A stretch of DNA of 64,000 bases. Source: a virus. Its lineage: Duplodnaviria > Heunggongvirae > Uroviricota > Caudoviricetes. The stretch spans positions 68,588 through 132,587 of IMG/VR virus record IMGVR_UViG_3300020577_006835; one strand, written 5' to 3'. The notes beneath the pieces are model-generated. The model was not told the origin of the DNA. It did no database searches and saw only the letters and a list, made by a program, of their open reading frames with translations. Below, piece by piece: positions 44,995 to 53,672 of the stretch (position 1 is its first letter; every line of letters starts with the position of its first letter). The position numbers and the translations under genes were made by a program.

Positions 44995-45357
44995 ATGAGT
45001 GAGTTGAGTTTCAAGAGCGACCCGACCGAGGACATCAGACGGGCGCAGGTGGCCGAGCTGAACGGCAGCGTCCAGGAGGACACCGTCGAGCAGGCGCGCG
45101 AGAAGCTGGCAGCCCAGTACGGCCAGCTGTGGAACACGGAGCAGCTGCAGCAGGACTTCAGCGTCACGGGCTTCATGGCCCCGTACGTCACGGTGCGCCG
45201 CAAGCGCGACGGGGCGACCGGCACGCTGCAGTTCACGCACAACCCGCGCTTCTACTTCCGCTGGCAGCCGGACGTGCCCGAGGAGCTGAAGGACGTGATC
45301 GACGAGCTGCCCGACACGACGCTCCGCGCCTACGCGATCGGCCCCAAGGACGGCTGA
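44995..45357 (+). CDS. hypothetical protein
   Basis: ORF 44950..45357, start moved to ATG 44995 with RBS GAAGGAGAGAGG. Confidence 0.45.
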   Translation: MSELSFKSDPTEDIRRAQVAELNGSVQEDTVEQAREKLAAQYGQLWNTEQLQQDFSVTGFMAPYVTVRRKRDGATGTLQFTHNPRFYFRWQPDVPEELKDVIDELPDTTLRAYAIGPKDG

Positions 45358-45359
45358 GG

Positions 45360-45671
45360 GTGAAGAGGGTTCTCAAGTACGCCATCACCCCGGGCAGGGT
45401 CTTCCCGCTCACGGTCCCGTACAAGAACTTCAAGGTGCTCTGCGTTCAGGAGCAGCACGGCAGACCGCAGCTCTGGGCACTGGTCGATGAGGAGAAGGAC
45501 TTCGACCCCAACGCCGAGTATCAGCACGACTTCTTCATCTTCGACACCGGCTCCCCGATCTTCGACCCGGAGTTCGAGGAGATCGGCGAGTACGTGGGCA
45601 CCTTCCAGCTCAAGGGCGGCGACCAGGTCTTCCACGTCTTCGAAGCTCTGAAGTGGACACCAGGTAGCTGA
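45360..45671 (+). CDS. hypothetical protein
   Basis: ORF 45129..45671, start moved to GTG 45360 (VKRVLKYAITPG). Confidence 0.4.
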   Translation: MKRVLKYAITPGRVFPLTVPYKNFKVLCVQEQHGRPQLWALVDEEKDFDPNAEYQHDFFIFDTGSPIFDPEFEEIGEYVGTFQLKGGDQVFHVFEALKWTPGS

Positions 45672-45844
45672 AATCTCTTGCACGGCTGCTCGGTGCCGTG
45701 CTAATGCTTGACCTTCTCAGGCAGCGTTTCACCGGGCCAGGGCCTGGTATCCGAAAGGGTACCAGGCCTGAGGCTCTGAGGATCAACGACATGACCAGCT
45801 TTGAAAGGAGGATAGCCATGAAGCGAATGTAAAGGAGGCTATTC

Positions 45845-46636
45845 ATGTCCACGAAGAATCTGGCGCGGACCATCATCGAAGGTGGCCGCACGACTCGCTC
45901 GAAGGACGCGCGCAGGCAGTGCACGCGGTTCGCCCGTCAGCAGGCTCGGATGTACATCACCAGAGGCCTGAAGGACCCGGACCACTTCGACGACTTCAAC
46001 GAGTTCGACTACCGCGAGTGGGATGTCCACGAGCAGCGCGACAAGCTGCCGCCGGTCTACCGCTGGCTCGACAAGCACTCCGGGCAGCCCTGGGACCTGG
46101 TTTGGTCCAAGCTCAAGGGCAAGTTCGACAACCGCAACGTCGCTCAGCGGCACGTGATCTACGACCACATGCTGCACGAGGTGACCGGCAACGGCGTGAC
46201 CCGGGAGGTCATGTACCGCTACTGGTACCGCCGCGAGGGGTTCAACCCGGAGGAGATGCACGTCGACAAGGACGGCATCCTGCGCGGGCACACCCGCTAC
46301 GGGCGCTACTACTACAACCGGCGGAAGGCGATCAAGCCGCGGTACACCGGGCAGCAGGTCTCGGCCTGGGCCGGCGACAACAAGGTCATCGTCCGCGGAC
46401 CCGGCGTCTACTTCTGGGTCGAGCCCGTAGAGTCCAGCCTGAGCGCTGTGGCCGCAGCCGAGTACCGGCGTCGCACCGGCTTCGAGCCGCCCAGCTACGC
46501 CTACCGGCAGACCACCAAGCTGACCAAGAAGGATGCCGAGATCTTCGAGCACCTGATGCAGCTGCCGGACTACCTGAACTACAAGAAGATGCTGCTCTAC
46601 CCGACTCCGCACAAGCGCGTAGTGTACGCAGGGTGA
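45845..46636 (+). CDS. hypothetical protein
   Basis: ORF track; strong RBS AAAGGAGG; preceded by a mini-ORF and hairpin. Confidence 0.55.
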   Translation: MSTKNLARTIIEGGRTTRSKDARRQCTRFARQQARMYITRGLKDPDHFDDFNEFDYREWDVHEQRDKLPPVYRWLDKHSGQPWDLVWSKLKGKFDNRNVAQRHVIYDHMLHEVTGNGVTREVMYRYWYRREGFNPEEMHVDKDGILRGHTRYGRYYYNRRKAIKPRYTGQQVSAWAGDNKVIVRGPGVYFWVEPVESSLSAVAAAEYRRRTGFEPPSYAYRQTTKLTKKDAEIFEHLMQLPDYLNYKKMLLYPTPHKRVVYAG

Positions 46637-46650
46637 GACGAGAGGGAGGG

Positions 46651-46992
46651 ATGACGATGGTGAGAGGTGGAGGGCGCGGGGGCGCCATCAAGCGCGTGAT
46701 GATCGAGGAGAAGCCGAGTCCGACTCCGACTCCGACACACAGGCAGGACTCCGTGGCCCAGCTGCCGACCATGACGGTCTGCGTCGGGTGCCAGACGCTC
46801 ACAAAGCGCATCGAGCACCTGGAGCGCCGGGTGGCCGACCTGATCGAGGCGCTCTGCGGAGGGTCGAGCCGTGCCCCGCATACCAGGGGGATGCTCATCT
46901 CCGAGGGTGCACCGATAGTCCCGATCAGCAAGGAGACGCTGGACAACCTACGGCATCATCTGCCGTTACGCGGGTACTCCGTCAGAAGGTAG
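46651..46992 (+). CDS. hypothetical protein
   Basis: C-terminal part of ORF 45919..46992, from ATG 46651 (MTMVRGGG...); the upstream part of that ORF is an antisense-like artifact. Confidence 0.35.
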   Translation: MTMVRGGGRGGAIKRVMIEEKPSPTPTPTHRQDSVAQLPTMTVCVGCQTLTKRIEHLERRVADLIEALCGGSSRAPHTRGMLISEGAPIVPISKETLDNLRHHLPLRGYSVRR

Positions 46993-47011
46993 AATTACAC
47001 GACTGGAGGTC

Positions 47012-47362
47012 GTGATGGACCGTGTGGACGAAGTGCTGGGACAGGTGCTGATCGGTGTCGATCCGGCGCAGGCGATCGACGAGAGCAAGCTGGAGCCGGT
47101 CTACGAGCCGGACAAGATCCGCGGCCTGCTCGCCGTGCACGGCTACCGCCAGGTGGTCGAAGGCAACCAGGTCTCGCGCGACCAGCTCGAAGGCCGTGAG
47201 CGGTACAAGCACGAGGACGGGACCATGGTCTACCTCGACATGAACCCGTTCAACAACGAGGGTCGCGGCCGCTGGACCTTCCACCACGCTGCCGGCGTGC
47301 ACGAGGGGTACTCGCACAAGCACCTGGCCCACGTCCTTGGCAGCTGGGCTCTGCGCTCCTGA
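47012..47362 (+). CDS. hypothetical protein
   Basis: ORF track (GTG start). Confidence 0.45.
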   Translation: MMDRVDEVLGQVLIGVDPAQAIDESKLEPVYEPDKIRGLLAVHGYRQVVEGNQVSRDQLEGRERYKHEDGTMVYLDMNPFNNEGRGRWTFHHAAGVHEGYSHKHLAHVLGSWALRS

Positions 47363-47752
47363 AAATTCTTCAAACAGGATCTTCAAGGGTGTCGGCAACA
47401 AATTCCTCTCACACCACGTAGAAATTGCTTGCATCCCCGTCTGGCTCGTGCGATTGACATCTCCACTCGAATGGTTGTCACCGCGCTGACACCCATTGTT
47501 TGGATTGTCGCATTTCTGGCGAAGGCGGGGATGTATGCGGGTGCGGAACGATCTCGACCGACTCATCGACCTGGCAGCTGACCTGCCAGGCCGCCTGACC
47601 AGCGGTTTGCAGCCCGAGCGGCTCCGGCCTCTCAGCGGCGCGACCGCGGCAACGTCCTAGTCCGACTCTGCTGCCGGGCCGGTGGACTCACCTTGGGGGT
47701 TGAGCTGCCGGAGTTGGCGGCGCTACCTGTCAAGCGCAAGATTGGAGGGGGG

Positions 47753-48283
47753 ATGAACGTCGAGAAGGTGGCCTACGCGATCCGCAAGCTGCGCCGCATC
47801 CGCGAGACCCTGCAGCCGGAGCAGTTCGACATCGGCGACTGGACCAGGGAGAACTGGACCAAGGATGGCAGCTGCGGCTTCACTGCGTGCGCGATCGGTT
47901 GGCTGCTGCACGAGGACTCGGAGACGCAGGCGTACATGGGTGTGACGCTCGTGCCCACCCTAGACCGCCGCGCAACATCCCTTGCTGTCATCAAGGATGA
48001 TGGCCCGCCCGAAGCGGACGCCTTGTGTCAGTACCACATCGTCGCCTCGATGTTCGACATCCAGACCGAGCAAGCGCTGCACCTGTTCTCCCCCATGGGG
48101 TACTGGGATCTTGACCCGCACAAGCCCACGCTGACCGACGTGCTCGACAGGTTCACCGTGTTCTTCTACATGAACGGTGGCACGTCCGAGATGCTGCTCG
48201 ACGCCGATCAACAGGTGCAGCAGATCGTGGAGCGCGCCCTCTGCGACTTCGAGGTCTACGAAGAGGAGCCAGTCAGTGAGTGA
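47753..48283 (+). CDS. hypothetical protein
   Basis: ORF 47693..48283, start moved to ATG 47753 with RBS GGAGGGGGG. Confidence 0.5.
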   Translation: MNVEKVAYAIRKLRRIRETLQPEQFDIGDWTRENWTKDGSCGFTACAIGWLLHEDSETQAYMGVTLVPTLDRRATSLAVIKDDGPPEADALCQYHIVASMFDIQTEQALHLFSPMGYWDLDPHKPTLTDVLDRFTVFFYMNGGTSEMLLDADQQVQQIVERALCDFEVYEEEPVSE

Positions 48284-48941
48284 GAAGGCGCTGCCGACGA
48301 CCGAGGTGTCGGAGGACTTCATCCGGTACATGCGCAACCGGATGCTGGTCAGCTACTACAAGTACGGCCCTCTGGCCGAGGCGTACCCGCACAGGGTCAA
48401 CGCGCTCGAAACGCTGCAGGACAGGCTCAAGAAGTACGAGGCCACCGGCAACACCGAGTGGCTGGTCGATGCGGCCAACATGGCGATGATCGAGTTCATG
48501 CGCCCTGCACACCCGCAGGCACACTTCCGCCCGACGGACTCGAACGAGTCGCCTGGCAGGGTGACCAAGGTGGGCCGCACCAGCAAGAGCAACAAGGAGA
48601 TCCGCGAGGAGGCTCGGCACGCAGCTGCCGACCGCTTCCACGCGCTGGTCGAGAAGACGGGGCCACTGCCGAGCAGCGTGTTGTGCGCCAGCGAGCCGTG
48701 GCCTACGAAGACCAACAAGAAAGGAGGTGAGAAAGGAATGACGAAGGCAGAGATGGTCCGCGTCGCGAACGAGATCGTGACGTCGGCAGTGCTCGCGGTC
48801 GACAAGGAAGCCGACCGCAAGGTTCTGAAGCCGCAGTGGCGGAAGGATCTCAAGACCAAGATCGTCTGCGCGCTGGAGACGGCGGCAGCGGAAGGTCTCC
48901 CCAAGCGCGGCCGCAAGGCTGGGCTGAAGGTGGCGGCCTGA
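48276..48941 (+). CDS. hypothetical protein
   Basis: Part of ORF 48177..48941, from GTG 48276 (VSEKALPTTEV), overlapping the previous stop. Confidence 0.45.
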   Translation: MSEKALPTTEVSEDFIRYMRNRMLVSYYKYGPLAEAYPHRVNALETLQDRLKKYEATGNTEWLVDAANMAMIEFMRPAHPQAHFRPTDSNESPGRVTKVGRTSKSNKEIREEARHAAADRFHALVEKTGPLPSSVLCASEPWPTKTNKKGGEKGMTKAEMVRVANEIVTSAVLAVDKEADRKVLKPQWRKDLKTKIVCALETAAAEGLPKRGRKAGLKVAA

Positions 48942-49005
48942 TCCGAACCGAAGCTTTGGAGGCCTGGTTGACGCCCACAGCCAGGCCTTCCAACTTCGCT
49001 CCCGC

Positions 49006-49335
49006 ATGACCCTCTGGGAGTTCATCTGCGAGGTGAACAGCATCATCTCGCTGTCCGCCATCGAGCTAGACAGGATCACCGCGGCCATCGACATGATGGT
49101 CGTGCGGATGGAGATAAAGGCGCGACCCCAGAAGCTGCAGGCCGACTGGTCTCTGGACGAGGGTTCCGGGTTCATGCCCTACGCCCAGGAGGGGTCCTAC
49201 TCCGAGGCGGACAAGCTCGCGGCCCAGAAGCTGGCCGTCAAGGTCTTGAGAGAGGCCGCAGCCAACGGGTTGATCGTCCCATCACCTGTTGCGACCGCTG
49301 AATACCTAGAGGAGGAGATGGCCCTTGGCCCGTGA
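49006..49335 (+). CDS. hypothetical protein
   Basis: ORF track. Confidence 0.45.
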   Translation: MTLWEFICEVNSIISLSAIELDRITAAIDMMVVRMEIKARPQKLQADWSLDEGSGFMPYAQEGSYSEADKLAAQKLAVKVLREAAANGLIVPSPVATAEYLEEEMALGP

Positions 49336-49942
49336 CCCGACGAAGTACATCTTCGATGGCGTTCGATTCCCGTCCGTGACCGAGGTGCTCTCGCTGTCCG
49401 GCTGGTCCGACTACAGCGACGTCAACTCCGAGGTGCTTGACCGAGCAGCTGTCCGCGGCAGTGAGGTGCACGACCTGAGCGAGCAGTTCGACCTGCAGAT
49501 GCTCGACCCGGACACCCTGCCCCTGCACCGCAGAGGGTACATGAACGGGTACCGGCGGTTCCACCAGGACTACGACTGCCGGCCGCTGCTCAGAGAGCGG
49601 GTGGTCAAGAGCTTCAAGTACCGTGTCGCAGGCCAGATGGACATCTACGCCTTCCTCAACGGCAAGCTGGCTGTGATTGACGTGAAGACGGCGCGCGAGG
49701 AGTCGAGGTCCTGGGGCCTGCAGCTGGCCGGCTACGCGATCTGCTTGATGGAGGAGGACTTCCACAAGATGCTGCTCAAGCAGAACGGGCAGATCAAGCC
49801 GGAGAGGTACGGGCTCAGGCTGGGGCACGAGGGTACCTACGAGCTGGACCGCTGGCCCAACGACAAGGACTACACCCTGTTCCTGGCCGCCACCACGACC
49901 GTAAACGCGCAGATCGACGCCGGATTGGTCACTGTCGGTTGA
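49325..49942 (+). CDS. possible PD-(D/E)xK-fold nuclease-like protein
   Basis: GQMDIYAF...LAVIDVKTAR resembles a D...(D/E)xK motif. Confidence 0.35.
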   Translation: MARDPTKYIFDGVRFPSVTEVLSLSGWSDYSDVNSEVLDRAAVRGSEVHDLSEQFDLQMLDPDTLPLHRRGYMNGYRRFHQDYDCRPLLRERVVKSFKYRVAGQMDIYAFLNGKLAVIDVKTAREESRSWGLQLAGYAICLMEEDFHKMLLKQNGQIKPERYGLRLGHEGTYELDRWPNDKDYTLFLAATTTVNAQIDAGLVTVG

Positions 49943-49966
49943 CAAACACACCGGGAGTCGTGTTAA
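49939..49966 (+). promoter_or_regulatory. promoter-like motif TTGACA-N15-GTGTTAA upstream of tRNA cluster
   Basis: gTTGACAaacacaccgggagtcGTGTTAAgg, about 40 nt before tRNA-Gln. Confidence 0.45.
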
Positions 49967-50006
49967 GGTGGCCGCTGTGCAACGACAGTCACAACGAAGG
50001 TATTGC

Positions 50007-50081
50007 TGGCCAGTAGCTTAGCCCGGTTAAAGCAGCGGTCTCTGAAATCGCGATGCGCAGGTTCGAATCCTGCCTGGCCTA
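50007..50081 (+). tRNA. tRNA-Gln (anticodon CTG)
   Basis: 75 nt; anticodon stem GCGGT/ATCGC, loop CTCTGAA; T-arm GCAGGTTCGAATCCTGC. Confidence 0.7.
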
Positions 50082-50097
50082 CTCCTTCTCAACTTGC

Positions 50098-50169
50098 AGG
50101 CCAGTAGCTCAACGGCTAGAGCGACGGACTTTGACTCCGTGGGTGTGGGTTCGATTCCTACCTGGCCTG
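50098..50169 (+). tRNA. tRNA-Gln (anticodon TTG)
   Basis: 72 nt; anticodon stem ACGGA/TCCGT, loop CTTTGAC; T-arm GTGGGTTCGATTCCTAC. Confidence 0.75.
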
Positions 50170-50177
50170 CGCCTCAA

Positions 50178-50250
50178 GCCCACGTGGCCGAAAGGATCAG
50201 GCACGCCCCTCCTAAGGGCGTCGATGCAGGTTCGAGTCCTGCCGTGGGTA
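50178..50250 (+). tRNA. tRNA-Arg (anticodon CCT)
   Basis: 73 nt; anticodon stem CGCCC/GGGCG, loop CTCCTAA; T-arm GCAGGTTCGAGTCCTGC. Confidence 0.7.
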
Positions 50251-50387
50251 TTCGATGTCAGAGGGGTGGTTTGTGGAGTGGTTGGGGTACACGCTGCTGG
50301 TGACGGCAGCCTTGCTGGTGCTTTTCTCGTTCAGAAGGTAAGGAAGTCGGTTTGGGGTTCGTCAACCCCAGCGGAGGAGGAGAACTC

Positions 50388-51338
50388 ATGAAGGGGATTC
50401 TGTTCGGAGCGCTCGCGCTCAGCATGCTGATCGGTGGTGGCAAGGCGTACGCCTACGACTCGGACCGTGCGTTCCAGGAGCCTGGCAACGCGCTGGTGGC
50501 ACCGTTCGATGCCAGGGAAGGGCGCACCACGTTCCTCCTGGCCAGCAACGTCGGCGACAAGAAGCTGACCACGCACTGGGCCTTCTGGAGTGACAGCTGC
50601 TCGCACCTGGCCGACGTCTCGATCTGCTTGACGCAGGACGACACCGTGGTCGTGGACCCGGCGTCGGTCTCGGCCGTCAACGAGGCCAACGATCAGGTCG
50701 GCCCCAAGGTCAACCTGTCCGGCAAGGCCGGCTTCGTGACGATCACAGCCTACGAGGCGAACGAGAACTGCGACAACCCGGGTCGTTCGGGTGAGGTCCT
50801 GGTCGACGACACGCTGCTCGGCTCGTACACGATCGCCGACCTGTCGACGACTGCATCGTTCGGTGCGAGCCCGCTCGTGCTCGGCCTCGACGAGAGCGGC
50901 ACGTACACCGACCTGCCGAACAAGGTGGTCACCGAGATCAACGCCGAGACGTTCGCCCCTGGCGATCTGGCTGCGGCCACGGTCTACGCCATCTCGCTCG
51001 AAGAGCGTGGCGGTGAGTCGCAGGGCTTCGCCGGTGAGGTCGGACCGATCAAGGGCCAGGTTGTGGCGGCGTCAAGCTACTTCGACAACCTGGAGATCCG
51101 CACCTCGCTGCCGGATCTGACCTTCGGCTGCGCGGCCGAGCTGGACCTGCTCCAGTACCTGTCGCCGCTGGAGGGTGCGACGGCCGGCGTCCTGCGCCTG
51201 AGCGACCTGCGCATCGTCGACGGTGGCAGCGAGACCGAGATCGGCGGCACGACCGCGGTCTACGGCATCGTGGCCGAGGCGGTCGGACCGTTCGGCGTCG
51301 TGCTGCAGCCGACCTACAAGTACACCAGCCTGGAGTAA
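50388..51338 (+). CDS. secreted protein with signal peptide
   Basis: ORF 50352..51338, start moved to ATG 50388 after RBS GGAGGAGGAG; MKGILFGALALSMLIGGGKAYA. Confidence 0.55.
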   Translation: MKGILFGALALSMLIGGGKAYAYDSDRAFQEPGNALVAPFDAREGRTTFLLASNVGDKKLTTHWAFWSDSCSHLADVSICLTQDDTVVVDPASVSAVNEANDQVGPKVNLSGKAGFVTITAYEANENCDNPGRSGEVLVDDTLLGSYTIADLSTTASFGASPLVLGLDESGTYTDLPNKVVTEINAETFAPGDLAAATVYAISLEERGGESQGFAGEVGPIKGQVVAASSYFDNLEIRTSLPDLTFGCAAELDLLQYLSPLEGATAGVLRLSDLRIVDGGSETEIGGTTAVYGIVAEAVGPFGVVLQPTYKYTSLE

Positions 51339-51377
51339 GCAGGGGGTGGCGTAGAGAGGCTCCGGCTTCTCGGAAAG

Positions 51378-51404
51378 AGACCAACCTTCGGGTTGGTTTT
51401 TTTC
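51378..51404 (+). terminator. rho-independent terminator (hairpin ACCAACC-TTCG-GGTTGGT followed by T7)
   Basis: agagACCAACCttcgGGTTGGTttttttct immediately after the 51338 stop. Confidence 0.65.
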
Positions 51405-51415
51405 TATCCAGGCTG

Positions 51416-51442
51416 TTGACAGATCCACAGGTCGTGTGCTAA
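51416..51442 (+). promoter_or_regulatory. promoter-like motif TTGACA-N14-GTGCTAAtct
   Basis: gTTGACAgatccacaggtcgtGTGCTAATCTtcttcacATG. Confidence 0.5.
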
Positions 51443-51452
51443 TCTTCTTCAC

Positions 51453-51911
51453 ATGGACGCAAACTACTCGAACGAGATGCAGAGCGGACTGTGGGCCGAG
51501 ACCAGCCCGGACGAGTGCCCCTGCCGGGGCGGTGGCTGGATGCACGACGACTACGACTGCACCTGGAAGTGCCCGCTTCACGGACACGACCTCGGTGCCG
51601 GCACGCCGCCGCACCCGGAGGACGAGGAGCCCCGCCACTTCGACCACGATCAGCACCTGCTTCTTGCCCGTCGCGCGGCGTACCGCACCTTCCGCGAGCG
51701 CACCGGGCTCGGCCTGGCCTTCCACAAGCTGGTCTTCGCCGAGTGCGGTGAGAAGGCCTCGCCCAAGGAGCAGGTGGCCGCCGCCAAGCTCGTCTCCGAG
51801 TGCATCCTCATGGAGCGCGCCGAGACCCAGGCCTGGCGCGAAGGTTTCTCCTGCGACCTGGAGCGCCGCCTGGAGGACGAGGCGGCCCGCGAGCGCCGCG
51901 ACCGTCGCTGA
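51453..51911 (+). CDS. hypothetical Cys/His-rich protein
   Basis: ORF track; CPCRGGGWMHDDYDCTWKCPLHGH. Confidence 0.5.
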   Translation: MDANYSNEMQSGLWAETSPDECPCRGGGWMHDDYDCTWKCPLHGHDLGAGTPPHPEDEEPRHFDHDQHLLLARRAAYRTFRERTGLGLAFHKLVFAECGEKASPKEQVAAAKLVSECILMERAETQAWREGFSCDLERRLEDEAARERRDRR

Positions 51912-51950
51912 TCGAGTAGAGCAGTCCAACAACCAAGAAGGAGAGAAGAG

Positions 51951-52178
51951 ATGAAGCCGCACCTGACGATCAAGCTGACCGACCTGCTCAAGAACGCGCG
52001 CGAGCTGGACAACGCTCGCCAGATCCTCCAGGCGCAGGAGGCGCACCAGCTGCGGGACTACGCCGTCGAGCGCACCCGCCGCGTGCGCCAGAACGTGAAG
52101 CGCCGGCTGGCGACCGCGATCAAGCACGGCGACCAGGCCGCCGTCAGCACGCTCTCCAACCTCGCGGAGCGCCTGTGA
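51951..52178 (+). CDS. small hypothetical protein
   Basis: ORF track; RBS AAGGAGAGAAGAG. Confidence 0.45.
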   Translation: MKPHLTIKLTDLLKNARELDNARQILQAQEAHQLRDYAVERTRRVRQNVKRRLATAIKHGDQAAVSTLSNLAERL

Positions 52179-52411
52179 GCGACAACGAGAAGGTCTACGA
52201 GCTGTTCCACGGCGACGGGGGCCACGGCGGCCCCTACACGCTGGAGGAGGCGATCGAGGCCGGCAAGAGGTTGGCCGTGGGCAGGGTGCAGCGAGGTGCC
52301 CCGTCGGCCTACGAGCGGGTGTTTCGAGGCACTACGGCGAAGGAGCCGACGAAGATCATCCAGGCCAATCGCTGCATGCACTGCGCCGAGATCCACGTCT
52401 GCGTGAGTTGA
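52175..52411 (+). CDS. small hypothetical protein
   Basis: ORF track (GTG start overlapping previous stop). Confidence 0.4.
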   Translation: MSDNEKVYELFHGDGGHGGPYTLEEAIEAGKRLAVGRVQRGAPSAYERVFRGTTAKEPTKIIQANRCMHCAEIHVCVS

Positions 52412-52415
52412 ACGA

Positions 52416-52550
52416 GTGGGTGTAGTTTAGAGGTCTAGAACGGCCCGAACGGGAGCTGCTGATGGCCACAGCTAACAGCCCTGGGACTGATCACCCTGGG
52501 TCAACTGGGCTCCCCGGTGGACGACGCAGGTTCGAATCCTGCCACCCGCA
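52416..52550 (+). ncRNA. 135-nt tRNA-like element: canonical acceptor, D-arm and T-arm, with a 55-60 nt insertion in the anticodon region and a long variable region
   Basis: GTGGGTG TA GTTT AGAGGTCTA GAAC ... GCAGGTTCGAATCCTGC CACCCGC A; followed by ACCA; internal direct repeat CCCTGGG x2. Confidence 0.35.
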
Positions 52551-52601
52551 ACCAACAATCAACTTGGAGGCGTCACCACGTTGCGCTACTACGTGGGCAC
52601 G

Positions 52602-53672
52602 ATGCAGAAACCTGAATACCTGATCATCGGATCAGGGCTCACAGGTGCGACGATCGCCCGCTTGCTGCATGACGCCGGCAAGCGGGTTCTCGTGCTTGAG
52701 AGCCGAAGCCACCCGGGCGGCAACGTCTGGGACGACATCTACGAGGACACCGGGATCTGGTACCACCTGTACGGGCCTCACTACTTCCGCACCGACTCGG
52801 AGCGCGTGTGGGCCTTCGTCAACCGCTTCTGCAACTGGCGACCATGGGCGGCACGCGTCTCGATCGAGCACAAGGACAAGCTCCGGCCCTGGCCGCTGAC
52901 GCCTGAGGAGCTGGCCGAGTTCGGCAAGATCGAGCCTCCGGAGCGCGTCGAGAACTTCCGCGACGCCTGCCTGACGAAGATGCCGCGGGCTGCGTACGAG
53001 GCCTTCGTCGAGCCCTACAACCTGAAGCAGTGGGGTGTGTCGCCGCTGCAGCTGAAGCCCACGCTGGCCGGCCGGATCGACACCGCGGGGGACGATCCTT
53101 TGCGCCGCCTCAAGCCACAGAGGTACCAGGCGCAGCCGATGGGCGGCTACCAAGCCCTGATCAAGAACATGCTGCGCGACATCCCGGTCGAGGTGGGTCA
53201 CCACTTCGAGCTGGACGAGTGGAGCGGTGATGGCCACCTGGTCTTCACCGGCTCGAGCGACGAGCTGTTCGACAAGCGCTTCGGGCCGCTGCCGTACCGG
53301 TCTCAGGAGAGGGCAGTCGTCTACTACCCGTTCCAGAGTCAGCGCGAGTGGCCGACACCGCAGGTCAACTTCCCTTCTCTGCTCGACATCCCGATCCGCG
53401 GCATCGAGTGGAGGCATCTCGGCCCGCCGACCACCAAGTGGGGCGCGCTGATCACCTGGGAGATGCCGAGAGCTGGTGGCCTGGAGTATCCTATCCCGAC
53501 GTTCGAGGCCGAGGCCCTGTACGAGCGGTACAGGGCGCTGCTGCCTGAGCTGGAGCGGGTCACGGTCGCTGGCAGACTAGGGCGGTTTCAGTACCTCGAC
53601 ATGGATCAAGCGATTGGCGCCGCTATGGTGTTGGCTGGGAGGCTGCTGAAAGGTGAAAAAGATCCAGCTTGA
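52602..53672 (+). CDS. glf: UDP-galactopyranose mutase
   Basis: YLIIGSGLTGATIA...GKRVLVLESRSHPGGN...YGPHYFRT...GGYQALIKNML...VAGRLGRFQYLDMDQAI aligns along the whole length with bacterial Glf. ORF track start is TTG 52581; ATG 52602 is preferred. Confidence 0.8.
   Translation: MQKPEYLIIGSGLTGATIARLLHDAGKRVLVLESRSHPGGNVWDDIYEDTGIWYHLYGPHYFRTDSERVWAFVNRFCNWRPWAARVSIEHKDKLRPWPLTPEELAEFGKIEPPERVENFRDACLTKMPRAAYEAFVEPYNLKQWGVSPLQLKPTLAGRIDTAGDDPLRRLKPQRYQAQPMGGYQALIKNMLRDIPVEVGHHFELDEWSGDGHLVFTGSSDELFDKRFGPLPYRSQERAVVYYPFQSQREWPTPQVNFPSLLDIPIRGIEWRHLGPPTTKWGALITWEMPRAGGLEYPIPTFEAEALYERYRALLPELERVTVAGRLGRFQYLDMDQAIGAAMVLAGRLLKGEKDPA

Noticed and set aside
45919-46650. N-terminal 240 codons of ORF 45919..46992 and other Arg/Pro-rich overlapping ORFs (11288..11872, 18508..19680, 37226..37747, 53227..53451)
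   Set aside because: They lie out of frame inside well-supported genes, and their translations are Arg/Pro/Gly-rich, as expected when the wrong frame of GC-rich DNA is read. Only the 46651..46992 tail was kept as a possible gene.
52551-52553. Encoded CCA after the tRNA-like element at 52416..52550
   Set aside because: None of the well-supported tRNAs in the window encode CCA, and the ACCA here fits only by shifting the acceptor register. It was treated as coincidental.
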